Below are positions 39,326-53,667 of a stretch of DNA of 64,000 nucleotides, piece after piece. The notes below the pieces were generated by a model. It was given only the letters and a program-made list of their open reading frames with translations, ran no database searches and was not told where the DNA came from. This DNA comes from Chrysomallon squamiferum (taxonomy: Eukaryota; Animalia; Mollusca): positions 2,480,001 to 2,544,000 of the forward strand of contig CM022669.1 in NCBI GenBank assembly GCA_012295275.1, written 5' to 3'. How positions within the stretch are numbered: the stretch's first letter is position 1; every line of letters begins with the position of its first letter. Both the position numbers and the translations under genes were made by a program.

Positions 39326-42317
39326 TGAGATAATCTACAATAACAAAAATCATAATGGAAAAAAAAAATGCATAATGAACAGATTTAAGTGATTTTTCCT
39401 ACAAAGCACATAACTATTCACAATACATTTATTTTTACTTTCTCAAAATATTAATTTATAACATTTAAAATGAATGTCAATAAGTCAATATTTAAATAAT
39501 TTACCCAGAGGTAATATTTAGGGTCTATAGCTTCACAGCCAATAAGGTTTGATGGTGGAAGCGGAGGTATGCGTATAGTCTCACTGATAACAAAGTCACT
39601 CCTTGGCTGAACGGTGGAACAAGTGCGAGAGTCGACTGTCTTCATTTTTATAATGCTTTTTGTAGCTGAACTCACAGATTTTGATTTTGCATGATACTGA
39701 GTCACCTGAAACATGAGATGATAAAACATTCTTTTTAGTATCACTAGTTGCCTCCCTCTTTAACAGCTATTGCTTGCAAATTGTTTTCTATATAAGCATT
39801 CTCAGTTAATTCAGCAAATCATATTAAAATTAGTTATATTTATGTGATAAAAACTGATTTCAGTTGTATCTGTGTGACTGTTTCTTTTATACTTTATATG
39901 AATGTTATTTATAATTTATATCAATATGACAACAATATAACTAGAACATGAAGGAACATGTTTTATCTTTTTCACCAATCTTTTGAATGTACAGAGATTA
40001 TAAAAGGAAACTAACAGATTGATAAGTTCAGCAAATCTTAAGATAATTTTTTCATTTCTTTTCTGTTTATTATATAGTAAATTAATTCAAAGTTATGTAT
40101 TTTTCAGTTATCAGGTCATGAAATAATTACATCACAAAAACAAAGATTTGCTGTCTCTTGATCTTGTTATATTTTGTCCAAGTTTATTATTAACAAAGGT
40201 TGGTTGATTCAATAAAATAATCACTTTTAAGCATACAAATTGTGTTTAGGACTTTTGTTCATACTGTCGCAGGTACACTTTAAACAAACCCAAAGGGAGA
40301 TAATTTGGATGATTACATACTGAAGTACTGTTAAAATATTTAATTTGTTCACATACCATATCAAGATTAATTTCAGGAGTGATTTCACTGCGTGAATGAT
40401 TAATAACTTGAGCAGTGATGAAGATTCTTTCACCAGGAACATAGCCTCTACGATCCAATGAGAAATTTATATTGTAAATCCCTGAATCAAAACACCAGCA
40501 ACCAATTTTCCTTTGTTCACGATGACAGATCTTTTCCTAAAACAATAAATTCAAATAAGTCAGATTTAAAACAAATGTAAATGTGTATATAATGTCAACT
40601 GAAATTCTAATTCCCATCATTATTATTTCAGTCTTAAAATAATTAAATGTAAATTTTAATGTTCAACAGACTATTATTGTTGCTTTGACTGTAAGTTTTA
40701 ATAAAACAAAATATCAAATCCCTAAATGGTTCAGTTAAATGTTGAAAACATTTCACATCCTACAGTGATTAACATTTCACAACCTACAGTGGATGTCCTG
40801 TAATTGTAATTTCATGAAAAATAATTAAGCTATAACAACAGTCTGACATCACTACAATGATTTAATAATAGTATAAAAAATCTAAGTAAAAGTGGTGCAC
40901 AAACTCATTGTACCTTGGCTCTTTTGTCAGCATTGAGATCATATTCGGAATTCACTGAGAATGGGGCTTTTGCAGTACAGTTGTTGGATTTTCCTGGGAC
41001 AACCATTTTTCCTTTGACAAGATAGCGGACAAAACCCATCTGACTTTCAAATGAAGATGGCAAATCCTGGGGAAGTGTGAAGCTTACTGGGAATTCATGA
41101 TGGCCTGCTGGCATTTCTGTTGTTATATTAGCATTTCTCGTCTTCACCTTCTCTGTACCAGCATCTCCTAAATCTAAAGAAAAAAAAGAAAATATAAAAG
41201 ATAATTTTTTTTTAATAATAATAAACATAAAGAACGATAAAATTATTGTAAACAAAAAAATACTATAAAAAGAAAATAGTACAGAGGTTAATATTATTAA
41301 TTATAACGAAAAAGAATGTGATTATGTAGAATGTAATTATTATTACAATTTCTAAACATTCTTATTTCAATATGGATAACAATTATTAAACTGACTTATC
41401 TGTATTAACAAATATGATAATATTAAAAACTATTAAATCATCTAAATTGAAGTGTTTCTAGTAAAATATTTCAGCTATTAAATTTTAATAATTCTATGAT
41501 ACAATGTAGACATTTGAGACAAAAATAATTTAGACTTTCAACATAATATAATAAAACATATTTACCACCATGTCCCCAAAGGAAAATGTCTTTGTCAAAA
41601 TAAGTCTCATCAGCATCAAAGTTAATAATCTCCAGCCCATTCCCTGTATTATGAGCACCTCCTTTAGTTTCTGACCAGAACACATGTCCTCTACCAATGA
41701 AAGATACTTTTAAATCTGAAAAGAAAATTGATTACAAACATTAAAAATCATAAAAATAATTAAACTAAATAAAAATTATAATAATTAAGAAGAAGAAGAA
41801 GAATTAAGTCAACTGTGAAGTAAGACAGTATAAAACAAATAAAATAACTAATGTAGTTTACCAATTTTTATTATTACCAATAAGAATAATTTCAAATAAT
41901 GCTATGATAAACATAATTTATATATAATTATATTCCATGATTCATTTATCATTTGAATGGCATATACTATAGTAAGAACATTTTTGGATTTTTAATCTTC
42001 TGTATTTCACTGATTGACTGATTTTTACCTTCATTATATTCAAATAAACAATCAACTCCAAAAACACTAACAATATTGAATATATTTATTGTCGCGTTTA
42101 TCACTTTCAAGACTTTACGACTGTCAAATCCTGACATTTGAGTCCGAGGTGATCTCACGTTTTGATCATAGATTATAAAATTTAAAAATAACAACTTACA
42201 ATTAATTTCTATGGCTTCTTTTAAATCCACAACCAGCAAACCGGCAACTATCTCTCCTGGCTTAAATACATTCTGTTCCTTATTTAATTTAACTGAAAAT
42301 ATTTCAATTTTACCCAT
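38406..42317 (-). CDS. Alpha-arrestin (arrestin domain-containing protein, ARRDC-like), paralogue B
   Basis: Exons 42317-42200 (MGKIEIFSVKL..VFKPGEIVAG), 41715-41566 (GRGHVFWSE..ADETYF), 41173-40914 (AGHHEFPVSFTLPQDLPSSFESQMGFVRY; alternative in-frame acceptor 41167), 40536-40357 (GCWCFDSG..DRRGYVPGE), 39705-39505 (IPPLPPSNLIGC), 39112-38935 (EIIIGTIPL) and 38602-38406 (PPPTYEEC..FAPHY). Frame intact; intron positions match paralogue A. Confidence 0.92.
38749..38826 (-). mobile_element. Short decayed SINE-core-like fragment
   Basis: Reverse complement reads ACTGGCTTATAAAAGGCCATGGATGTGTTTCCTGTTTGTGGAAGGT..AAAGGTCC, similar to the cores at 31560-31640 and 54075-54125. Confidence 0.35.
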
Positions 42318-43690
42318 TTCAACTAATTTTCACCAAATCATCAGCCATCTTTCTAATGCGGAAGTAGTTTATTGTTCTTCCGCCTATGGTAATTGGAGCA
42401 TTTGGATCAGGCCGCTTCTCAGTTTGCGTCAAAAGAATCAAGGTCAAATTAAAAAAAATAAACGAAAATAAAAATAAATAAACAATACCCTATTAAGTGT
42501 TCTAGAAAATAATAATTATTATATTCAGTGTTATGAATCATATTTGTTAAAAAGACGAATTTACCGTTTACTATTAAGAAACCGGCGCGTAGTTTTCCAT
42601 TAATAGTAATATACTGATGTTATTGAAACCCATAAGGGTACAAAGCTGACAGTTTCTATCCTAGCTGCATGTTATCAACATATATTTTTAAAAATAAAAT
42701 ACAACAAAGCTTTCGGTCTTTACGAATTCCAGTGTAAAATTACGACCCTATAGGAATAACAGTATTAATTTTTGTTAAATTATTTTAATAATGATGAAAT
42801 TAACATTCATTTTTTTTTTTTTTTTTTTTTTTTTTGATTTCGATTTATTTTATTATTGTAATTTTGTTTTTATTTATTATTATGTGTATTTCTGTCAGGT
42901 ACAATTTACAGCGATTTGTAGGATCATGAGGGAGATGGTTATATGAAAGCTTTATTAATAAAATGTGTTTATTTTATTATTTTAATAATTAATCATTCAG
43001 GCATACATTATTCATATTAAATAAAATGTTCAGTTTAAATAGCTTAATGTGACTTGCATTACTCTGATTTCATCAACACACTGGATGTTCGCCCGTGACA
43101 GGTAGGCAGGTGGAGAAAATAGAAAAATGTCTTAATATATTTATTCCTATATTCACTTTGTTTCTATTTAATTCCACACAAAGCTTTATCTAGCAACTGA
43201 TTCTAGCAATTGATTTGATTTTTCACATATGTTTTGTTCTGCTGTTATATTCATAAAAGAATGAACTACAAAACAGCTAGACAAAATTAAACACAAAGAT
43301 AATGAGGTTGTTTAATAGTTTTATTTGGAAATACATGGTTTATGAAATGCATTATCTTCAATAGCACTTTGTTCATGTGGGTTATGACTGAAAGCATTTA
43401 TAAGTGGTAAAGATCAAGAATTAATGTCTTACAAACAGGCTCAGACTACACATATTCATATGCACTATCACTTATAAATATAAATTTATTTATTTAATTT
43501 GGTATAAAAATATTTTAAAAGTTATAGGCACCATCCGGCAATAAACAGGTTTGTATGTAATATTTTTCACTGTGTCAAATTAATAAGACATCTTCATCAC
43601 CTGATTGTTTTGTTATAATAGGAACACGTTTTTTATTAAGTCGCTGTGTTAAAACCAAACATATAGTTCTTTCAGTGTAGTTTGCTGTTC

Positions 43691-44457
43691 TCATTCTTCA
43701 CCAATCATACCTGCAAAAAAAAAAAAAAATTCATTATATGTTCATAAATGTATTCATACGTTGCTAATTAAGAAGCACATATTGCACGATATATTTTTTT
43801 TTAATTTATTTAATGTTTCTTCTTTCTTTCTCTCCATGAGGTCCGACAACAGTTCATGGCGAACAATCAAAACCCATATCTAGCCTTTTTTATATATATA
43901 TTATTTTTTTTTTTTTTTTTTTGTAAAATTCAGTAAGTAAATTATGAACATTTGAGCTGAGCTAATTTCTTCTCTTATTATACGTCTGAATTAATAATAC
44001 AAAATTTTAAAAATTAAGTTACCAGCCATGCTGGCAGTCAGGAAACCAGCTATAATTCCTCCACAGATACCACGATTGACAGCCGCCATGATATCTTTCT
44101 TTCTAGATGGTGCCATCGTTGTAAAACAGACGATGAGTATTCCATACGACAAGAAGTCAGAGAAACCGCAAATTGCATACGTCGTGATCATCTCAGAGTG
44201 AGACTGAATGATAGTAAACATTATAACATATTATTATTATTCACTTCATACATACTTCATAAACCGTGTATAAAATAAATTATCTATCCATCAATGTCTA
44301 AAGATTCAACCACAAATATAACATTGAATTTTTGACAAATATTCATATCTTTGCTTCTATTTAACACTTTTGCCAGCAGTCGCTGAACACATTTTATAAC
44401 TGACTGGAACGCAAAAAGCCAAATAATTGCTAATTATTTTTTTATCAGACGTTTTTT

Positions 44458-44516
<59 letters not shown>

Positions 44517-46151
44517 TTAATTATTTATTTATTATTATTATTTTTTTTATCAGTCGTTCTTGTGTGTTATTAAGAAATCTTATAAAACAGTAAATAAAAT
44601 AAATAAATAAATAAATATTTACAACATACCGACATGACTCCTCCGATCAATGTTTTGTTCAAATTATCCAATACAATGTCGCCGTTACCGGTCCAGTGCC
44701 AGGTTCCATTGTAGGCGTCGAGTTCAACGCGGTTGTTGATGATGACGCCAAGATCGGAGAAAGCTACCAACTCATTAATACCCAGTTTAATTCCCAGAAC
44801 TCGAGCTGAAACATGACAGTCCTCTGAGCGGACTCCCATGAGGTAAACAAATGGCCAAAACAGATAAGAGCACATCACCTGAAATATTCATATACGAAAA
44901 GATCACCCAACAAATAATCTCATTTTCTTTTTTGCTATAGTCTGTTTTAATTTTTCATTTATTATTATTACTTTTTTAATTGCTTTTTTTACTTCTTTTT
45001 TTTTCTTAAATTATATTAGTTTTTTTTTTTTTTTCTATGTTGTTGTTGTTTAAGAGGTATTTTTTTGGCAAAATGGTCATATTTTTGGGATCTCTCAGAT
45101 ACTGAATATATAAGTTGTAAGACTTAATTTGTTATTGGGATTTTTGTTGTTGTTGTGTTAATTTCATGCTCATGTAAACACAATGTTCACATTCAGTATA
45201 CACAAACAGGATCAGGCACGCATTCACTCATACACATAAATACAGGTGCTGGATCTACTGTGTGTTCATCGAAACGTTTTACAAATACCTGAAAAAAGTT
45301 TGCATCTGAATAAATTTAATTTACTTGTAATGACATCATTTCCAGCCCAACTCGGTCTCCCAGCCAAGTAAAAATGGCGTCGAACAGACCCATGAGCGCG
45401 ACGAAGGCGACGAGGCACGCTACAAGGTGTGAGACGACAGCAATTACGCCACCAGCGCCGCTGATAGCAGCGTCTATAAATCCTACATTTGACCTGTAAA
45501 ATAGAAATAAAACAATTTGAATGTTTATATAAACATAAAATTCTTATAATTTTCACCGCAATTTACTCATTTTAAAATTAAAATAAAATCTGCCTGCACC
45601 AGATTGTTCATATGTAAAATGCGATAAACATATCTTTTTTATTATGGGACTAAAATATTAGGGATTGGAAAGCAAAGACAATTTAATTACAATACCATCA
45701 TGTCGCAAAGATTTAACATTATATAAATGAAGCTCTATAGACATACTGTTTTGCCTCTTTATCTCGAATTTCGTCATTTTCTTCTTCGTTGATATTATCA
45801 TCTGGCCAGTTCAGTTTAGAAATAGCTAAAGCAGCAGGTGCCGTAATAAAGGAGGCTGCTATGAGATGCTTTAAGTGGATCTGAATATAAAGAAAAACAG
45901 AACATAGAATTCATTATAGATCTGGCGGGCTTTTCTTTTTTCTAATTATTTAATCGCTAATAAATAAGATTTTCCGGTGTCACTGTTTATATTATACATT
46001 ACTGTTTGATACTGATATCTTACTGTATAGATAAAAAATATAAAACGTTAGGTTTTAAATCGTTGACGTGCCCATGGGACTGTCTTCCTTTCTAGGAATA
46101 TATATCTGTGTGTGTGTGTGTGTGCGTGTGTGCGTGCGTGTGTTTGTATTT

Positions 46152-46215
<64 letters not shown>

Positions 46216-48638
46216 AGTACTTACTCCATATAAATAAAAGACAGCCAAATTGCCGCCTGATATTACAGCAAAGCTACTCGTTATTACAGTGTGAATTTCA
46301 GATACTTTCATCTTATCTATTTTTCCACGTAAATACATCGTCGCTTCAGCCTGAAATGTATCATAAACAGTTATTCTGCACATACACATACATACACATA
46401 CACACATACACACACACTCATGCACACACACACACATATATATATATATATACATATTTACATGAACGGAAATGATATACAAAATATTGGTTAGGATGGA
46501 TGGAAAACTCTTTTTACGTGCCCACGTCCAATTCAAGGTTCGGGCACGCCTATCACGGATCCGATTTCTGGGATCGCCAGGGATGGGTTCCGGGACAGGA
46601 GAAAATATTGGTTAGGTAGACGGTCACGTAAGAAGACGCTTTTATAGATTCTACGGTTACAGTAAAGAGCATAACAGTTATGGTCAGCTATGTATAATAT
46701 TATGTCCACGCAAGAAATGGATACATGGAAGCAACAAAAGGTTCATCTCCTAAACCTTTCCTCCCACCCAGTAATAAAAATAATGTTTTACAACAGAGCT
46801 TTATGATTTTAGTTACAAAGCAGTAAGTTCCACCATCCAAATCGAAGAATAAAGTCGTCTTGAGACTGGTAACTTACCCATCCTATAAATACGTTAAGAG
46901 CGGAATGCTTGGATTCCGTAACACTGGCACCTACAGTTTTGTTCATTACAAAAGCGAGGGGATCTGTGACGATCTGCATCAAGCCAAGATATCTCATGAT
47001 AGTCACACAAGAACTGAAGAAAATTACCACTGGCAGAACCTGTATATATAACAAATAAAGAATAGTAGCTTTAAGACGTTCGGAGAGTTTTGTAAAATAA
47101 CAGGTACATATTTATAGGGTATGACAAAAATTTAATCCTATTTCTTAGCTTTGTTTAATAACATTTGATTCTTAAAAAAAAAAAAAATAATAATAATATA
47201 ATAAACGAAAGAAAAGAAATAAAAAGAAATTATAATAATATTTAATTTAAATGCAAGCAGATTTTATTATTATTTTTTTTTTTTAATTCAGTAAATTGCT
47301 GTGAAATTGAGAAGAGTTTGGTGGGTTGTTTTTTTCCACCTCGAAAATAATTCTTTTATTGCTATTTTGTTTGTTTGAACAAACTATAAAACGTATATTG
47401 TACATAACTAATACTTTATTCAATCAACAAAAGAATATTAAACATAAATGTTATAATAAGGCTTAAAGAACACTATATTTCTGGCAAATATTAACTGTAG
47501 AGTACGAAATAAGAATAAAAGAAATAAATGTTTTTCCAAAACAATTCAGTTTACAATTCTTAATCAAATATTTTAGTGTAATAAAATAGAAGAATAAGAT
47601 GAGAACCTTAAAAATTATAAAGTGATCTTTGGTTACAGGACCAAATACAAACACAGAACCAAAATTTGCGATGTTAATTAAATCGCCAGCCCTGGCTGAT
47701 ATCCAGTCAAACAGCCTCGAACCGCACGAGGTTCGTAAGATCAAAACTGCCAGGACAAACTGCAGAACCAGCCCTCTGATGATAGGAAGCCATTTTACCT
47801 ATAAAATAAATTTAAAAAAATAATAATAATAAGATAAATAAATAATGGTAAAGACTTTTCTATGAAAGGTACGGAATATTTTTTCATTTAGTAGTAAAAA
47901 ATTATAAATGATATTTTATCGTCTGCTCCAGAGATTAGGCTTTCTTTCTACCGAAGAAATCTTGTGATTCGTATTATTCATAAAATTAAACTAGTATATA
48001 CAAATATTCAAAGAGTATATGTTTAAAAAATGTTTTTGAAATGTTAAGGGTTTCCCTACCTTAAAAAAAGAAAAGGAAGAAAAGGAAGAAAAGAAAGAAA
48101 TTGTAAAAATAACGGACCAACATAATTATTTGGTTAAAACGTTGTAAAACGTTATCCAAAAGATACATTATAAAAATTAATTTTATTACGAAACAGAAAT
48201 AATAGGTTACATAATTCTGAATTTGTTTTTGAATATCTCAAGGTAAAATAAAGGATGTGAAAGCAAAACTGGCTTTATTGTCATTCATGTATCATACCTT
48301 TTCTGGACTCCTTGAAAAAAAGAACACGAGAAAAAGATAGATTATTATGCCGACGATGGAGATCAAATGACGTGGTCTTTCAATAATGACGTCGGCAACG
48401 ATGTAGAAAACAACGAAAGCACAGACTAAGATATACACTGTCCTGAAACCAGATAAAATGAAGGGTACATGACACTGAACGATCAGTTAACAGCTGAAAC
48501 CAATTGAGTGTAATGACTGCGTGAAGTAACATAATCAGTCTCTAACACTGAGGTATTTTCATTGTTTTTAAAGAATGTTAAAGTCCACATCAGTTTATGA
48601 ATTGCATGTAATAATAAAATCAACAAAAACTACAAACA

Positions 48639-48699
<61 letters not shown>

Positions 48700-50058
48700 T
48701 CTGTTAATTTGTTACAATGCTTTGGAAATTTATTCATTGTTGCATGACAGTAATGAATAAACTTTGTATTCTTACCTTCTGATCCAAATCGTATTGCGTC
48801 TAATAAACGCAACAATACGACTGCAACAGCAAAGGTAAATTCGTTTACCGAATCGCTTCCTCACCTCGCTGTATCCCCAGGCACCGAAAACAAGAACTGT
48901 TACAATCAGAAGTATGATAGAGTTTTCGTCTCCGAACTTGTGACTGAAGGCGAAGCCGAGATACACGAAATAGAAAATAAGCAACAAGATATTAAACAGT
49001 TTCCGACCTGGTCCTGTTTTCTTCGCGCAGAAAGTCGCCGTCCATTTGTGAATGCAAAGAATGACGTTGACGACAGATCTGTAAATGACATTTCCGTTTT
49101 CTTCGTCGGTTACATTTTCTATTATAGGTTCTTGATCTTTTTCTTTGGTGCCCTGATTTCCATTGGGTTATAATGGAATAGAATTTGTAAGGAAACTTTA
49201 TAGACAGAATATAAGAAGATATATTTTATATACACAGAATTTGTAAGTAAATTTCACTGAGAGAATTTGGAAGTACGGTTATATTAATTTTAAAATTTGC
49301 ACTTTGGTGATCGTTGTCAATTTAAAATGTCGTGATTATCACACGTTAAAACAAGTAATAGTAGAAGCAGCATCAGTAATGATAAAATAGCAGCAGTCGT
49401 GGTAACTGTAGCAGTAAATAGCAGCAGCTGTTGTTGTTGTCTTCATTGTAATGATAAAGATCATGATTTAATTATTACAAATCTGTATGTTTTTTTGTTT
49501 ACTGATTTTAATAATTAAACTGAATTCCAGTGGTATTACATACGTATAAGTGTATGTATGTATTTGTTTATATATGTTGTATATATATATCCTAAATACA
49601 TTTTGAACATTTTACAACTGAACCTTTTTTAGTTTATCTTGCACATTCTTTGCTGCTAATAAAATATGAGAAAAGTACGTCTGGCTTTTTATTTATTTTC
49701 TACTATTTTATCTATGTGTACTTTGAAACACTGAAGTATTTTTTTTAAATCTCTGTGTTTAAACATTATATGAATAATAATTCTAAGATACATAAAATAA
49801 ATGTTATGTAAATTTAAAATGTTCTGTTTGATTGTTATCAGAACTCGATGATGGCTAATACCGTAAAGGGAAATACGCCGTTCAACAAGTATCTAAAGTC
49901 ATAGATATACATGTGTATTTAAATGTTTTACTAACCTCTGACAACAGTTCGATAACAACGTCGGTTTTACTCAGAAGTGACGCACTTTCACCAGGTGACA
50001 AGCTTCCTGACTTCGGACACGAATTCTTCTCAAAACAATCATCTTTACAGTCTTCCAT
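43691..50058 (-). CDS. SLC28A3: Concentrative (Na+-coupled) nucleoside transporter, SLC28/CNT family, divergent
   Basis: Exons 50058-49936, 49152-48776, 48442-48298, 47798-47607, 47039-46878, 46350-46225, 45880-45747, 45493-45325, 44878-44630, 44203-44023 and 43710-43691 join in frame. CNT motifs: VKWLPIIRGLVLQF, GSVFVFG, VLPVVIFFSSC, SEIHTVITSSFAVISG, HLIAASFITAPAALAISKL, GIKLGINELVAF, TYAICGFS, MAPSRKKDI, AGFLTASMAG. The symbol denotes family similarity, not proven orthology. A probable 5' UTR exon ends at 51915. Confidence 0.9.
46156..46213. repeat. (AG)n microsatellite next to an SLC28 exon donor
   Basis: Direct reading. Confidence 0.95.
46481..46616 (-). mobile_element. 106-bp 5'-truncated retroposed (SINE/LINE 3' end) insertion with perfect 15-bp target-site duplication
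   Basis: AAAATATTGGTTAGG at 46481-46495 and 46602-46616 flanks a GC-rich insert. The insert has a CGTGCCC..GGGCACG stem-loop and a (CCAT)n tail on the minus strand. Confidence 0.75.
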
Positions 50059-51136
50059 TATGCTTACATTATCATCTTGCACATACAGAATTTTCAGTCC
50101 ACTTCTTGGGTTACACAGTATTAACGAGCACTGGATAATAAAAAGACACAAACGTACGGTGTGAACATAATATGTTGTAATTCCAGTTCGTTGTTATCAT
50201 TTGTTATTAATATCACAGATTATGTTATTTAAATTCAGCATCTCTGACGTTATAAATAAATTATTTAATTCTATTAAAATCCAAATATTTGCTTCGAATG
50301 TATATTGAAAGATTCTACGCGCTGTATAAACATATTTTCATACTGTACAAAGTAATCAATTATTTTATCGCATGTATATATATATAAAATCTTAGAGTCA
50401 TTTCAATGGATAATAATACGTTCCGCCATCAAGAGGAAATATCTACATTTCAGGACGTACTAGATTTTGCTTTTCTTACGTACCCTCCTTTCAGCTGTGT
50501 CAACGTTTTTAATGCTTCATATTTAAGCTGTTATTCAGTAACGAATTAAGATGGTTGGATTGTGAAAAGTTTATTTTTTCTCTGTCATGGAGTAGACTAC
50601 TGCCAGTCGATTGAACCTTGGCTGGAAGAATGATAGTTTCAAGAATTAGTTCTCCGTGACGCTTCTTTTCCTTATTTAAGAAGTGCCTGAAGACTGACTT
50701 ACTGAAGAAAATACTGTCTGCAGACCGTGCTATGAGATGATGCATGTAAAAAAAAAGAAAAAAAAAGGATCTTGCTGGAACTCGAAAATGTTTGGACTAT
50801 TGCGTGGCGTCTAGGGTTTCCTTATTTCATTATCTCAGTGATTTTTCACCATTTGCCTGGAGTTGTATAATCGTTGATTAAAAAGGCGTTGGTTTATCAT
50901 TAATTAAACATTTCTTTCTTCACGTATGCTACATGTTATATTACACCAAAAAAAAAGCTATTAATTAATATGAAATGTTTATGATAATTTTATGTCGTAA
51001 GAAAATAACTATTATGATTATGAAATCTTTATGAATGTAATGATTTGAACAAATTTTGGAACTGGAGTGGTTAAACCGGTGGTGTTTAGACTGGAATGAA
51101 CTCGAATCACAACTAAACACCTGCTTAAATTCTTTA

Positions 51137-51332
51137 AGGAATAAGTCACTACGGTTCATAATTGATTCAATTTTATTGCAGAGGCATCGAAAAGCTTGTT
51201 GACCGTTGGGAAGAAGTGGTAAATAACAATGGAGAATACATTATTGATTAAATTACATCTTTTAAGCTTACGTTTTCTTCTGTGTGATGGTTAAATTTAA
51301 TTTAACCGAAATGACTTATTCCTCAACCAATA
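51137..51332 (+). mobile_element. Miniature mariner derivative (TIRs plus transposase C-terminus)
   Basis: Encodes FYCRGIEKLVDRWEEVVNNNGEYIID*, the typical mariner C-terminus. Right TIR AACCGAAATGACTTATTCCTCAACCAATA ends at 51332; matching partial left TIR AGGAATAAGTCACTACGGTT at 51137. Confidence 0.8.
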
Positions 51333-53667
51333 CATTATCTTGTCACTGTATGGGCCTGTTTTAACGGCCAGTATATGTGATGTGCATCTTCACTGATTGG
51401 TTATTTCTCTGCTTCGTGGGTAGATTCATTAACACGGCAAAATAATTCTGTGTTGAAATAGGTCAACGTGAAAAGAAAAATCAATGACTGTAGTTGGCTG
51501 ACGTACCACTGATGTTTACGTAGGTGCATGCTTATAAGGAAGGTTTGTTTGGGTGACTTGTGTAGAAGTGAATGAAATTTGATCCCATTTCCACAGCATA
51601 ACGAGTTTAACAGACGACAGTGTACAGTAGATTTATACACTCGAAGACTGACAGGAGCAGAAATACAAAGAAAGCTAGCACGAAACCCCTTTATAATCTT
51701 GAGAATAAATATATGCAATAGAATCGAGAATATAATTATGAATATTCACCACAAATAAATCATTTTATATAAAGACACTTTACGGAAAATCGTTTTTTTT
51801 CTGTTTGAATGAAACAAAAAATACATAAATCACCGCAGCAACTTTTCATACTAGAGTTTTATAATATTATAAAACTAAGATTTTTTAAATGCAGTATAAC
51901 GTTACTCATCTTACCGTCGCTCACACGTTTAGGTCCATATAAATAATGTGTTGTTCTTTCTCTTTCTTTTTCTGAAGGCTGACACTCCGAAAATCAAATA
52001 CACACAAACCGTATCTTCTTTACAAAATGTTTTACAGATGAGTGAGTAGAAAGGTCAACAAGAAGCAACTATGTAAACCAGCTCTACTATTGTCAGCATA
52101 GGCCTAGCTAATAACAGAGGATATTATCGTTATTATTTGAATATCAGCTTCGCTGACTGCGAGGGCATTATTGTTAATTTCCAGATATGTATGTATGCCA
52201 GGGTGACGGGTTCGTTCAATGATAAAAACCTTCCCAATCCAGGCAGAGATACTTTACTTTGTTGGTCAACATTTTTGCTCAGTAACCTGACATTGCACCT
52301 CTTTGTTCAGACAGTTGAACGCAGCTAAATAAAGCAAGTTATATGATTAAGATTCGAGTAATTCTATGAGAGGAAAGAATCCCGCAGATATTTATACTGA
52401 ACGTTGTAGCTAACAATAACTGTAATAATTGTTTACTTACAGTATTCAAAGTTCAGTTTAGCAGACTCTAGCTGTTGTGGTGCTCACTGTTTACAAATAA
52501 CCCACTCCTGGTGACAGTTACGTAATTAATATTTAATAAATGATTTGCTGGTTACTGTTAAATACTGATATAGTTATTAGGTTTTTCTTCATATAACAGG
52601 ATTTATTTACATCAGGTAATCGTCATTACATATACGCACACGCACACAAACATGAGAACAGAATGAAAATTACCTGAAGTATAAAAATAATATCTTAAAA
52701 ATCAACCTTTGCTAATAATCATATATGCTACAAAAACAAAAAATTCCTAATAAAATAACGATAAAAAAAAAATATATATATATTTGTGCATTATATAATA
52801 CACTTCTTTTTTATTCTATTTAAAAAGAAGGCATGAATAATTTAAAATATAAAATACATGTAGTGTCTCCTTAATTTGTTCAAATTGCCTAACTATTGAT
52901 GGATTTGTACGTGCATTTTATTTATTTAAAAAAAAATTCTCTTCAGACTAGTCAAATAATGACTGAAATATATTTATATTCATTTAATCTATTATTACTG
53001 CTTTAGAAACATGATAGTCATTTTGTGTCTCTGCAATCAGCTCTTGGTAGAAGTACATCCTGGATTTGACCCAGAATCTACCATTGTTAATCCCAATGGT
53101 TTAATTACTCATAATACAGAAAAATGCACTGGTATTATGCACTGGTGTTAATCTTATCCGATTGCAGATCTATTTTAGTAACTTGACCAGCTTTCTCTGT
53201 ACCTTTGGTTAATGTATGAAACACAAGTAAATATAAACAGCAAGACATTTCAAAATTTTATTTCTCTGACTTTACAGCAAAATCTACACTGATAACTGTT
53301 TTTCCATAAATACTGAAACATTTCTGTTTATAATTTGATGTAGATAATTAGAACACTGTGATCCAAATTAGTTATATCATATATGGTTTTATTATGATAT
53401 AACAAAATTTAAATATATGGGTATGCATTTTTGTAGTTTTACACAACTTGATATTTCAAATGAGGTGACACAATACACTATTTTAGTTTCCGAAAAGGAG
53501 GAAAATATATAAATATTTCACCTCAAAGGGCTTGTAAACAGCAGTCTCTATCAATTGCTCTATTGAATGATCTGCTCTTCAACAGCAGACATCACTATTA
53601 ATGACAGTAACAGTTTAAAGCACATTAACATATTTGTCAAATGGTCATATTTTTAGGTAACATTATA

